A DNA stretch of 64,000 nucleotides from Patescibacteria group bacterium. Lineage in GTDB: Bacteria; Patescibacteriota; JAQUNI01. The stretch is taken from positions 54,306 to 118,305 of the forward strand of contig JAQUNI010000001.1 in NCBI GenBank assembly GCA_028717685.1, given 5' to 3'. The translations under genes were made by a program, and so were the position numbers. The notes below the pieces were generated by a model. It was not told where the DNA came from and searched no databases. It saw nothing but the letters and a program-made list of their open reading frames with translations. Below, piece after piece: positions 1-8,657 of this stretch; within the stretch, counting starts at the first letter, position 1, and each line of letters begins with the position of its first letter.

Positions 1-199
1 ACTCTTTAGCTATCCTTTGAGGAATAGTGCTTGCAATATTATTTGCAGCTAATACCTCCTCTGAGAATCCCTCACAAATTAGGTCTGCAGAATATTTCTT
101 TATTATTTTGACTAACAAGCATTTAAGGGAATTATTCCTATCTAAACATTGTCTTTTATGATCTATACCTATCAAATTTATTTGTTTATGATTTTTCAT
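1..199 (-). CDS. hypothetical protein, N-terminal fragment (gene runs off window start)
   Basis: Minus-strand ATG at 197-199 opens a frame that stays open to position 1 (MKNHKQINLIGIDHKRQCLD...). It is absent from the ORF track because it is truncated by the edge. No motif recognised. Confidence 0.3.
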   Translation of the reverse strand, partial: MKNHKQINLIGIDHKRQCLDRNNSLKCLLVKIIKKYSADLICEGFSEEVLAANNIASTIPQRIAKE

Positions 200-365
200 T
201 TTGCGCGGTAATAAAACCTACTTCGTATTCGAACTTACCTTCGAACCAATATCTTGGCTAATCTAAGCTCATTTTTGGGAAAATCGTCCGGACTGGGGTA
301 TCGAGGTCTTCGAATTAATATTTTGGCTAAAGAATCGCATTTTCAGGAAATTCGTATGGACTAGC

Positions 366-436
<71 letters not shown>

Positions 437-440
437 AAAG

Positions 441-873
441 ACGAATTACGAAGTACGAATTATAGTTTTAGTAGTTTTAATGAGGCCATTGATCATTTTA
501 CTAAGTTCAATGGTTTGGGTAGCTACAGGGTCAAAATCTTTATTGCTCAAATAGTTTATATCTCTGGCAATTAACAACTGATTTTGAACCTCGGTTAAGG
601 ATCCTAAAGCGCGGCAATAAAACTGCATCTTCTCTTTATAAGAAGGTCTACTAAATCCTTCAGCAATATTAGAAGTGAAAGAAACGGCTGCTCTCCTTAA
701 TTGGCTAGTTAAACCAAAGATTTCTTCTCTGGGAAATTTTTGGGTGACTTTGTAGATCATCAAGACTAATTTGTGTCCTTCTTTCCAAACTCGCAAATCG
801 GTAAAAGATTTAATTTTATTTTGATCCATGAAAATTGTTTATCCGTGATTCGTAATTCGGAATTCGTGATTCG
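441..873 (-). mobile_element. inverted-repeat-bracketed four-helix-bundle cassette (IVS-like), copy 1
   Basis: ORF 446-829 is flanked by inverted gaattac-type heptads. 442-452 cgaattacgaa is the exact reverse complement of 849-859 ttcgtaattcg. The arms extend imperfectly to 441-460 and 844-873, and the left arm overlaps the last codons of the ORF. Confidence 0.5.
446..829 (-). CDS. four-helix-bundle protein (23S rRNA intervening-sequence protein / Avd-like family)
   Basis: 127-aa ORF with the family signature FP.EE.FGLTSQLRRAAVS..SNIAEG and an N-terminal F.DL.VW motif. It is a paralog of ORFs 59104-59463 and 61765-62124. Confidence 0.85.
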   Translation of the reverse strand: MDQNKIKSFTDLRVWKEGHKLVLMIYKVTQKFPREEIFGLTSQLRRAAVSFTSNIAEGFSRPSYKEKMQFYCRALGSLTEVQNQLLIARDINYLSNKDFDPVATQTIELSKMINGLIKTTKTIIRTS

Positions 874-2397
874 CTATTTCACAATCTCCCCTCCCAAAAC
901 CTCCAGTGCTTCTTTAGTTAAATTGTTATTCTGTTGCAATTCTACCTTTTCACATTGAATCTGCCATTTGCCACCTAAGATTTGGTCTAAAACCCCTTCC
1001 ACTGTTTTTTTATTGCGGGCTTGAGAAACCATATCCTTATGGAAATCCCGCGGGAAACCCAAAACTAAAGAGCCATCGCGAAAAGCGACTGGCTGGCAGA
1101 GTTTCAAGAAAGCGCACAAAGAATAATTTAAAGGCTCCACCGCCTTTAACACCTCATTCCATTTACCTACCACCTGTTCTAAATTCATTGTCGGCTTTTG
1201 ATATTCGGGTAAGGAAGGAAATGATGTTTTTTCTTCTTTTTCTTCCAGTTTCGGGCTTTGGATTTTTTCCCGCGCTTCCGCTACCTTACCCATTGCTTCA
1301 CTATATTCTATAATGGCTAACTCCAAAGACAATTGAGGAATTAAAGCCGCATCCAAACTATTCTTCGCGGCCATAAAAAGCCTCACTAAATAGGCTAAAC
1401 TTTTCAGAGAGAAATTTTGGGCGCGAGCAACTAATTCTTCTTTTTGGGCAGAAGAAAAAGAAAGCCCGGCGTGATCCAGCAAAGCGGGCTGAACCTTAGC
1501 CAACATCATTCTGCGGAGATAATCAACAAGCTCGTCCGTAAAATTAAATAAGTCTTGACCATTGGCGACAGTCTCATTTACTTTGCGAATAGCTTGCGCA
1601 CTGTCGCAAGAAGCCAGCATATTCACGAAATCTGATATTAAAGACCAATCGACCGTGCCTAAAAAATCAGCCACTTTGCGGAGCTTGAGCTCTTTTTTGG
1701 GCCAAGAGAGAATCTGACCTAAAACACCTTCGGCATCCCGCTCCCCGCCGTCCGCTTTGATGGCGATCAATCTCAAAATCTCGGGGTTTAAAACGCGCTT
1801 CTCCTCCCTTAAAATCCGCGTTAAGCGGTGTTCAATTTCAGCGACGGTCAATTTTTTAAAATCAAATCTCTGACAGCGCGAGAGAATCGTCTCGGGCACT
1901 TCGTGCACCTCTGTCGTCGCTAAAATGAAAAGAGTATGCGGAGGCGGCTCTTCCAAGGTTTTCAAAAGAGCGTTAAAGGCTTCCCGCGTCAACATATGCG
2001 CTTCATCAATAATATAAACTTTAAAACTATCTCTTTGGGGCGCGAAACGCACATTCTCACGGAGAGCGCGAATTTCATTGATGCCGCGGTTGGAGGCGGC
2101 GTCAATCTCAACCAAATCCAATGACCTGCCAGAGGTAATCTCCTGACAACTCGCGCAACGGTTGCAGGGTTCCACCTTTCCGAGCCTGCGTTCGCGCGCG
2201 CTTTTTTTGTTCTGGCAATTAATCGCCTTAGCGAGAATGCGCGCCACGGTGGTCTTGCCAATGCCGCGAGGACCCGCGAAAATATAAGCATGGGCAATCT
2301 TGCCCAAGCTTAACTCATTCTTTAAAGTTTGGATAATGGCAGTCTGTCCTTCCATTTCAGAAAATTTTTGAGGTCTGTATTTACGATATAAAGTCAT
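874..2397 (-). CDS. dnaX: DNA polymerase III subunit gamma/tau
   Basis: 507 aa. Walker A GPRGIGKTT, zinc module CNRCASCQEI, SRC motif LSRCQRF, and N-terminus MTLYRKYRPQKF typical of DnaX. Confidence 0.95.
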   Translation of the reverse strand: MTLYRKYRPQKFSEMEGQTAIIQTLKNELSLGKIAHAYIFAGPRGIGKTTVARILAKAINCQNKKSARERRLGKVEPCNRCASCQEITSGRSLDLVEIDAASNRGINEIRALRENVRFAPQRDSFKVYIIDEAHMLTREAFNALLKTLEEPPPHTLFILATTEVHEVPETILSRCQRFDFKKLTVAEIEHRLTRILREEKRVLNPEILRLIAIKADGGERDAEGVLGQILSWPKKELKLRKVADFLGTVDWSLISDFVNMLASCDSAQAIRKVNETVANGQDLFNFTDELVDYLRRMMLAKVQPALLDHAGLSFSSAQKEELVARAQNFSLKSLAYLVRLFMAAKNSLDAALIPQLSLELAIIEYSEAMGKVAEAREKIQSPKLEEKEEKTSFPSLPEYQKPTMNLEQVVGKWNEVLKAVEPLNYSLCAFLKLCQPVAFRDGSLVLGFPRDFHKDMVSQARNKKTVEGVLDQILGGKWQIQCEKVELQQNNNLTKEALEVLGGEIVK

Positions 2398-2402
2398 AAA
2401 TT

Positions 2403-2439
2403 GGGAATGGGGAATTAAGAATTAGGAATCAGGAATAAG
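2403..2439. repeat. tandem heptamer array (gggaatg gggaatt aagaatt aggaatc aggaata)
   Basis: Period-7 purine-rich array in the dnaX/gtrA spacer. It uses the same word family as 32563-32696 and 47000-47642. No complementary partner lies nearby. Confidence 0.6.
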
Positions 2440-2440
2440 A

Positions 2441-2923
2441 TTACGAATTACTTATATTTTTGCTTGCTTCTTTTTTATTAAACACAAAAAATTTATAGCC
2501 AATAAAATTCCAGATTAAAGAAACCGCGGTAGCCACAACCTTGACCGCGTTCGCCCATAATCCGACCGAGAGCCCGAAATGCGCGCTTACCACGGTAGTG
2601 CCCAAATAAACAATCGAACTGTTAATCCCCATTCCTATAATTGTCACAAAGATAAACTGGGCATATTGAAAAACTGCCCGCTCCTCTCCTTTATATTTGA
2701 AGGCCCACAGGCGATTCCAAAAGAAACTGTTCGTGGAAGCAATCGCGAAAGAGATCGCATTAAAAACGAAAACCGGCCAGCCGCGGTAAATACTAAAAAC
2801 CCACATCTCTAAATTTAAAATCCCGAAGTCAATCGCCGTGTTTATAAAGCCGACAACCACAAAACGCAAGAATTGACCAATAATGGGATACTTTTGCAAA
2901 AGATTTTTATTTTCTGGACCCAT
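2441..2923 (-). CDS. GtrA-family membrane protein
   Basis: 160 aa with four predicted TM helices. N-terminal RFVVVGFINTAIDFGILN is typical of GtrA-like proteins. Confidence 0.8.
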   Translation of the reverse strand: MGPENKNLLQKYPIIGQFLRFVVVGFINTAIDFGILNLEMWVFSIYRGWPVFVFNAISFAIASTNSFFWNRLWAFKYKGEERAVFQYAQFIFVTIIGMGINSSIVYLGTTVVSAHFGLSVGLWANAVKVVATAVSLIWNFIGYKFFVFNKKEASKNISNS

Positions 2924-3025
2924 AATTTTGTTTTATCTGATTAAAATTAAACAATTTTATTTTAACAAAAAAAAGAGAATCCAGCAATTAAAAAGATTCT
3001 TCGTTTCTGAAATTACGAAATAGGC

Positions 3026-3049
3026 AGAGACGCAAGATTTTGCGTCTCT
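3026..3049 (-). terminator. stem-loop immediately after ORF 3051-3746 (AGAGACGCAA family)
   Basis: Perfect 10-bp stem agagacgcaa / ttgcgtctct with loop gatt, starting 1 nt after the stop codon. The downstream U-tract is only moderate (gcctatttcg). Confidence 0.5.
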
Positions 3050-3050
3050 A

Positions 3051-3746
3051 CTACTCCTCATCTACCAATCCTTCCAAACCTTCCAGCTCGCTGTCCAAGT
3101 CATCCACAATCTGACCGGGAACGACTTCTTTCTCTACCTCGGCAGAAGGCACAGCATTCTCATTTCCCCTTTTTTCTACCATATCTTTCAAACTCGTTTT
3201 CTTGATAATATTCTCCACCGCGCCCCATTCGGATTCGCCTTGAGCGGGAATAACCAATGTTACCTCATCACCAGCTTCGCCTTTAAAATAAGTGACGCTC
3301 GCTAATAAAACTTTGTAGGATTTGTTTTCAACAATTACCTGATACTCCCCTTTATCATCCTGGGAAAGCACGCCTAACACCTTTTTACGCTCCACGGGCC
3401 CAATTTGTTTGTAAATAAAAGAACCGTCCTCGGTAATGGTAAGTTTAAGGGTATCACCCTGAATAATCTTGGATTTAGAGGCATAATTGGCAGGCACGGG
3501 GTATTCTGTGTCGTCCGGCGCGACCATACTCTGACCATTGAAAATTCCCTGAATAATCCGCGTTTTTCCCACAGAAGAGGCTAACTCTTGAGCCTTTTCT
3601 ATAATTTGTTTTTTACTGATTTTTGGCTTGGAGCTTTCCACATCTCCCCCCAAAAATTCAGTCAGAACCTTTTTAGCCTGGGAAAGATTGGACTCCGCTT
3701 GCTCTAATATTTCACGAATTAAAGCGATTTTTTCTAAATCTGCCAT
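3051..3746 (-). CDS. hypothetical protein (N-terminal coiled coil, acidic C-terminus)
   Basis: 231-aa ORF with coding-like composition, followed by a stem-loop. No motif recognised. Confidence 0.6.
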   Translation of the reverse strand: MADLEKIALIREILEQAESNLSQAKKVLTEFLGGDVESSKPKISKKQIIEKAQELASSVGKTRIIQGIFNGQSMVAPDDTEYPVPANYASKSKIIQGDTLKLTITEDGSFIYKQIGPVERKKVLGVLSQDDKGEYQVIVENKSYKVLLASVTYFKGEAGDEVTLVIPAQGESEWGAVENIIKKTSLKDMVEKRGNENAVPSAEVEKEVVPGQIVDDLDSELEGLEGLVDEE

Positions 3747-3873
3747 TTTTTTGCAATTTCTCTTTTATTTTATTTTTGGAGAAATTACCTGTTAATTTTT
3801 AGTTTTTGTTTTTGCGACTTTTTGATAAAAATAATATAGCAAAAAAAAGGGGAAAGGTCAATGATTTGCATTT

Positions 3874-3922
3874 GACCCCACTAGAGAAACATGCCCCACA
3901 CGAATTTCTAACGGGGTTGACC
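3874..3922. repeat. CCCCGTTAGAGAA-type palindromic element (imperfect copy)
   Basis: gaccccactagagaaa...tttctaacggggttgacc. The arms ccccactagagaaa and tttctaacgggg are near-complementary. Confidence 0.6.
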
Positions 3923-3999
3923 TTCCAGAAATAAAGTTTTATAATTAATTTAACAGCACGAAACTTGCCTGTACTTTTTGAAGTTAAGACGAATAATGT

Positions 4000-4027
4000 C
4001 CTCCTTCGTTCTAGCGAACTACGGAGG
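4000..4027 (+). promoter_or_regulatory. possible SD-sequestering hairpin upstream of corA
   Basis: cctcc (4000-4004) can pair with ggagg (4023-4027), which is the SD 8 nt upstream of the corA ATG at 4036. An inner stem ttcg/cgaa lies between them. Confidence 0.3.
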
Positions 4028-4035
4028 GCAAAAAA

Positions 4036-4980
4036 ATGAAAACCAAAAAAATCAGAATCATTAAATCTTATAATCTAACTTGGTATGATCTGGAGGCGCC
4101 GGAAGAAAAAGAATATAAATTTTTGCGTGAGCGTTTTCAATTTCACCCCCTAGATATTCAGGACTGCATTTCACCGGTGCAACGCCCTAAGATGGAAGAA
4201 TATAATCACTATATTTTTTTAATTGTCCGCATACCCTTCTACCAAAAGGAGGAGAGAGTGATTCGCGCTATGGAGATAGATATCTTTGTGGGGCAAAATT
4301 ATCTCGTTACCGCGCATCAGGGCAAAAGCACTACCTTGAAAGACTTTGTCCGCGAATGCCACGATTATCGCACGATTCGGGAAAAATATTTTCAATTTGG
4401 ACCTGGCTTCTTATTATATGAAATCTTAAACCGGATGTTTGACCGCTGCTATTCTCTCCTTGACGCCGTAGGTAGCGAAATTGACCGCGTGGAAAATAAA
4501 ATGTTCAAAGGCCAGGAAGGAGAGATCGTGGAAATCATCGCGGGAATCAAGAGAAATGTAATCAATCTACGCAAAATCATGAAAGCGCACGGACCACTGA
4601 TGAAAAGATTAATCAACAACGAAAAATTCTTTTTAAATTTAAACGGCGCCCGCTTTAACAACAAGGACATTCTTTTTGATAATCTTTCAGACAAGGTCCA
4701 AGACATCTGGGACATCCTTGACGGCCATACGGAAACGATTGCCGCTTTAGAGACTACGAATGAAAATCTGATTTCTCATCGTTTGAATGAAATCATGAAA
4801 ACCCTCACGATTGTCTCATCTATCCTTTTACCAGCAGCGTTGGTGACACAAATCTTCGGCATGTCCTACGACAACGCGCCTCTTTTAACCAATCGGATCG
4901 GATTCATTATTGTTTTCCTTTTAATCTTCTTTTTACCGCTTACTCTCATTCTTTTTTTCAAAAAGAAAAAATGGTTGTAA
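4036..4980 (+). CDS. corA: CorA-family divalent cation transporter (variant GMS motif)
   Basis: 314 aa with a cytoplasmic N-domain and two C-terminal TM helices. The inter-helix loop reads FGMSYDN where the CorA consensus is YGMNF. Confidence 0.85.
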   Translation: MKTKKIRIIKSYNLTWYDLEAPEEKEYKFLRERFQFHPLDIQDCISPVQRPKMEEYNHYIFLIVRIPFYQKEERVIRAMEIDIFVGQNYLVTAHQGKSTTLKDFVRECHDYRTIREKYFQFGPGFLLYEILNRMFDRCYSLLDAVGSEIDRVENKMFKGQEGEIVEIIAGIKRNVINLRKIMKAHGPLMKRLINNEKFFLNLNGARFNNKDILFDNLSDKVQDIWDILDGHTETIAALETTNENLISHRLNEIMKTLTIVSSILLPAALVTQIFGMSYDNAPLLTNRIGFIIVFLLIFFLPLTLILFFKKKKWL

Positions 4981-5084
4981 AATTGATTGACTTACGTTAT
5001 ATTATAAAGGCAGCTTTTTAAAAAATAGCTGTCTTTATTAGTTATGTGCTGTTGGCAAAGAATACCGGAAAGGAGGGATAACTG

Positions 5085-5789
5085 ATGCACCTTGCAAAAA
5101 CTACGGCGGCACTCCATATGGGTTCCGAGCTAATCGGTAAAATATACAGAACCCAAGGAGGCTTAGCGCTAAGGATCGTGCGCGTGGTTCATCAATGGCC
5201 AATTTTCAAATGGGTCACAGCGGATATATTGACAGCAATGCGTATGGTAATTGCATTTACCAATGTCTTGCTGTTTATCCTAGGAATAAAATGGGGCTTA
5301 AAGAATTTTCTTCCTTTCTTGCTAAGCCTTACCATTATTGCCTATGGATCCGACCTCTTTGACGGACAAATGGCCCGCTTGGAAGTAGAAGAAGGGAAAA
5401 AGAAAAAAGATACAAATTTTGGTCCTTGGTTTGACAATATGGCGGACAAAGCCGTATGCATACCAAGTATGTTTTTCATAATGTGGTTGCGGAGAGTTTA
5501 TCTTGCGCCGATTGCAATGCTAATCGTAGATATCACTTTGGGAATTTTTCGCTGGGTGATTGCTCGGAAATATAAAATCCAGCTTAGCGCTAATCATTAT
5601 GGAAAATTCAAAACATGGTTGCAGGGTTTTAGTATCAATTTTGTTTTAGTAGACTACCTTATTCCGGGTATTGGACAGGTGGGATATTACATTTTGCTCT
5701 TTGGGGCTATCCCTGTAGGCATATTAAGCTTCCTAAAACATTATCAGAATGCATATCCTCAAATCAAGAGAGCGCAAAACGGGCTTTGA
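5085..5789 (+). CDS. CDP-alcohol phosphatidyltransferase family protein
   Basis: Multi-TM 234-aa ORF. DLFDGQMAR...GPWFDNMADK matches DG(x2)AR...G(x3)D(x3)D with a Lys-rich insertion. SD ggaaaggaggg lies upstream of the ATG. Confidence 0.6.
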   Translation: MHLAKTTAALHMGSELIGKIYRTQGGLALRIVRVVHQWPIFKWVTADILTAMRMVIAFTNVLLFILGIKWGLKNFLPFLLSLTIIAYGSDLFDGQMARLEVEEGKKKKDTNFGPWFDNMADKAVCIPSMFFIMWLRRVYLAPIAMLIVDITLGIFRWVIARKYKIQLSANHYGKFKTWLQGFSINFVLVDYLIPGIGQVGYYILLFGAIPVGILSFLKHYQNAYPQIKRAQNGL

Positions 5790-5889
5790 AATAAAAGGCC
5801 CTTTTTTTTATCAATTTAATGAGGTAAAATAGGAGAAGGAATGAAATTATTCTACCTTGAATTACGAAATTCATTTGTCTATTAGCAGG

Positions 5890-5964
5890 CTATTCTCCCT
5901 CCCCCTCCAACTCCCCCTCGGGCAGGGGGAGTGTAATCAAGCTTATCGCTAATAGACGATACAT
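5890..5964. repeat. C-tract/G-tract hairpin repeat, copy A (also at 26135-26209)
   Basis: ctattctccctccccctcc..ctccccctcgggcagggggagtgtaatcaagct is shared almost exactly with 26135-26209. It contains the stem ctccccc/gggggag. Upstream, 5853-5880 also resembles 26048-26075. Confidence 0.8.
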
Positions 5965-5992
5965 TTTAGAATAATTAGAAATTTACAAATTT

Positions 5993-7459
5993 ATGCTTCA
6001 ACTCTACAACACTCTAACCAAAAAAAAGGAAACATTTATACCTCTGCATCGCGGCAAAGCAACGATGTATACCTGCGGTCCGACGGTTTATAATTACGCC
6101 CACATTGGCAATTTTCGCGCCTATTTAACCGCGGACATTTTGCGCCGTTTTTTGGAATATTCAGGCTATGAAGTAAAACACGTAAAAAATATTACCGATG
6201 TGGGACACTTAACGTCTGATTCCGACACTGGCGAGGATAAAATTGAAGCAACCGCGAAAAAGAAAAAATTGGATCCTTATGAAATTTCGCGTTTTTACAC
6301 GGAAAGATTTTTAGAGGATGAGGCACGGCTTAATATCCTCCCGGCGCACAAATATCCCCGCGCCACCGCGCATATTCAGGAAATGATTAAAGCAATCGCC
6401 AGTTTAATCAAAAATGGCTACGCCTATGAAAAAAATGGCAATGTATTTTTTGATATTGCGCGCTTTAAAGATTATGGTAAATTATCCGGCAACACTTTGG
6501 AAAAACTAAAACAAGGAGCGCGGATTGAACCCCATCCGGATAAAAAAAATCCTTTTGATTTTGCCCTCTGGAAAAAAGCGGAAAAGGACCATATTATGCG
6601 CTGGGAATCGCCTTGGAGCGCGGGGTATCCCGGGTGGCATATTGAATGTTCAGCAATGAGCATGGAATACCTTGGCGAAACATTAGATATTCACACGGGC
6701 GGAGAGGATAATATCTTTCCTCACCACGAAGATGAAATCGCCCAATCAGAAAGTTTAACAGGCAAGCCCTTTGTCCATTATTGGGCGCATACAAGCTGGC
6801 TCCTTGTGGACAACGAAAAAATGAGCAAATCGCGCGGTAACTTTTACACTTTGCGCGATCTTGTTAAACTTGGCTACTCGCCGATGGCTTTCCGGCTTTT
6901 GGTTTTGCAATCACACTACAAAAGCCATCTCAATTTCACCCATGGGGCAATTGACGCGGCGCAAGAAGGCTTACAAAAAATATACGATTTTACAGAAACT
7001 ATGCTCTTATCCGGCGAACACGAAAAAGGCGGCGCTTCGCCTCAAACAATCCGAAAGTTGATAAAGGAATACGAAAAAAAATTCATAGAAGCGCTGAACG
7101 ACGATTTGAATACGCCCCAAGCCGTAGCCGTATTGTTTGATTTTATACGAAAAATCAATAATCTCGCTCCTCTGCGCAAGCGCGAAGCAAAGCCGATTTA
7201 CAAATTTATATTACATTTGGATCGGGTTTTGGGACTCAAGATAGACAAAGTGGGTCAAGAAAAGCAGGAAATTCCAGAAGAAATAAAAAAGATGGCAGAG
7301 GAAAGAGAAAAGGCGCGCGAGGCAAAAGATTTCGCGCAAGCGGATAACTTGCGAAGGGAAATTAAAAAGGCCGGATTCCTAATCCGCGATACAAAGAAAG
7401 GCGCAATTTTGACTAAAAAAAGAGGGCACTCTCTAAACAGTGCCCACGTAAGGAGCTAA
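5993..7459 (+). CDS. cysS: cysteine--tRNA ligase
   Basis: 488 aa. Class I motifs YAHIGNFR (HIGH-type) and KMSKSRGN (KMSKS), plus CGPTVY near the N-terminus. Confidence 0.95.
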   Translation: MLQLYNTLTKKKETFIPLHRGKATMYTCGPTVYNYAHIGNFRAYLTADILRRFLEYSGYEVKHVKNITDVGHLTSDSDTGEDKIEATAKKKKLDPYEISRFYTERFLEDEARLNILPAHKYPRATAHIQEMIKAIASLIKNGYAYEKNGNVFFDIARFKDYGKLSGNTLEKLKQGARIEPHPDKKNPFDFALWKKAEKDHIMRWESPWSAGYPGWHIECSAMSMEYLGETLDIHTGGEDNIFPHHEDEIAQSESLTGKPFVHYWAHTSWLLVDNEKMSKSRGNFYTLRDLVKLGYSPMAFRLLVLQSHYKSHLNFTHGAIDAAQEGLQKIYDFTETMLLSGEHEKGGASPQTIRKLIKEYEKKFIEALNDDLNTPQAVAVLFDFIRKINNLAPLRKREAKPIYKFILHLDRVLGLKIDKVGQEKQEIPEEIKKMAEEREKAREAKDFAQADNLRREIKKAGFLIRDTKKGAILTKKRGHSLNSAHVRS

Positions 7460-7482
7460 CAATTTTTTAACTTGAATCATTA

Positions 7483-8568
7483 TTAGGACAGGGGTGGGTA
7501 GAAAAAAAACAACTGGACGCGGGGATTGCCCACGATCATATAATCTCTTTCTGATAAACAGTGGGGCATCATTAGGGTCACGCCCGGTTTTAAATAAAGG
7601 TCGGAACCAAATCCCCTTAAGTATCCGCTCCCAGAAGTCACGGCTATTCCATAGAAGAAGCCCTCTTTGCATATTTTAACCTCTGAATTAACCGTAAGGC
7701 GAGAAGCGCCAAAGAATTGCTGTGTACCATCTGGCAGGATGGCGCATTCGTTATTTCCGCCTTCCGCCCAGATGGTGCGGGGCTTCATAAACACTTCACT
7801 TTCAAACTTTTCCCTGTTGAGATAGCCAAAGTCAAGAGAACCTAGGGCTGTTTCCCAGTCCAATCCTAATAGCCCGTCGGCAGCACGAGGCAGACCAAGC
7901 ATCTTCCACTCGGCGAAGATGCTCCAGTCCGTCGGTTCCTGCGGCTCAAGGACACAGCAACCCATCAAGGAATGTGGCACTCCCGCGGGAATATAGAAGA
8001 TATCCCCCCCAATCTCTGGTTCATATATATACATATAGTTGCGCATCGCGTTTCCGTTTTGATCCTTATACCATCCCGTAATGTCACGGCGAGTGATCTG
8101 GCGGTCCCAGCCCACCCATACTTTGGCATCTCTCCTTATTGCTATAATAATCCAGGCTTCCGTCTTCCCAAAAGGAGAGTTTAAATGTTTTTGCGCAAAT
8201 TTGCGATCCGGATGCCAGTGGACAGGGATATAGCTTGCTGTGTCAAAAATCTTTACTAAAATCCCCAGCGCCTGCCCCCATTTTAGTAAATGGTCGGGTC
8301 CTAACATTTCGGCTGGGAATTGCGCAATCAGCTCGGTTAAAAGGACGGTGCCGCCTTCAGGAAGCGCAACCCGCCCAATCCCTTCATTGGGCTCGTTCGT
8401 TCTTCCTGGCGTCATTGCCTTGTTTGTAGAAAGAAACCAGCCTTCGGGGCGGCGATCATCTTTAGGATGAGGTTCGCCAAAGAATTGCGCCCTTAACTTT
8501 CCACCCTGGTAACAATGTGGAAAAACACTGGGGACCAGAACCAACGGACGTTCTAATAAGCTTCCCAT
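7483..8568 (-). CDS. class I mannose-6-phosphate isomerase-like cupin protein
   Basis: 361 aa. IPVHWHP, GKTEAW and PAGVPHS resemble the metal-ligand motifs of type I PMI. Assignment is by motif only. Confidence 0.6.
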   Translation of the reverse strand: MGSLLERPLVLVPSVFPHCYQGGKLRAQFFGEPHPKDDRRPEGWFLSTNKAMTPGRTNEPNEGIGRVALPEGGTVLLTELIAQFPAEMLGPDHLLKWGQALGILVKIFDTASYIPVHWHPDRKFAQKHLNSPFGKTEAWIIIAIRRDAKVWVGWDRQITRRDITGWYKDQNGNAMRNYMYIYEPEIGGDIFYIPAGVPHSLMGCCVLEPQEPTDWSIFAEWKMLGLPRAADGLLGLDWETALGSLDFGYLNREKFESEVFMKPRTIWAEGGNNECAILPDGTQQFFGASRLTVNSEVKICKEGFFYGIAVTSGSGYLRGFGSDLYLKPGVTLMMPHCLSERDYMIVGNPRVQLFFFYPPLS

Positions 8569-8657
8569 CTTTGACCTCCTTGAAAGAGAGTTATTGGTTT
8601 ATAGCGTTGTGAAAAAGAGCCCTCTAGAATTTAAAATTTTAACACTGTCTTATAAAA

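Noticed and set aside
200-365. A second tRNA suggested by ttcgaac-like strings at about 215-240.
   Set aside because: No acceptor stem or anticodon arm can be drawn. The strings belong to the ttcgaa/ttcgta low-complexity word family.
1989-2297. Many ORF-track entries lie antisense to, or out of frame within, well-supported genes. Examples are 1989-2297, 10252-10803, 13106-13498, 14689-15267, 25397-25884, 33279-33563, 45377-45625, 47289-47789, 49806-50255, 57770-58294, 58553-59008, 59680-59943, 60517-60945 and 63000-63385.
   Set aside because: Each overlaps a gene with strong family motifs on the other strand or frame. Their translations are low-complexity or Arg/Ser/Pro-rich with no recognisable motif. 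I treat them as shadow ORFs.
874-2397. A programmed frameshift site in dnaX producing a gamma subunit.
   Set aside because: I noticed no A AAA AAG-type slippery heptamer followed by a stem-loop in the mid-gene region. I cannot support it by inspection.
3747-4035. An M-box (Mg2+) riboswitch upstream of corA.
   Set aside because: I cannot recognise the conserved M-box core by eye. Only a short SD-pairing stem is visible, so an Rfam scan would be needed.
5790-5992. A T-box or other riboswitch leader upstream of cysS, lysS, serS or proS.
   Set aside because: I see no T-box sequence or specifier/antiterminator arrangement. The shared element upstream of cysS and lysS is in opposite orientation relative to the two genes, which argues for a dispersed repeat rather than a leader.
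7483-8568. The PMI-like gene looked GC-richer than its neighbours, suggesting horizontal transfer.
   Set aside because: Spot counts gave about 45-55% GC. That is similar to other conserved genes here (for example mreB lines at about 55%), while membrane genes run at about 35%. The variation tracks gene type, so there is no clear anomaly without a proper computation.
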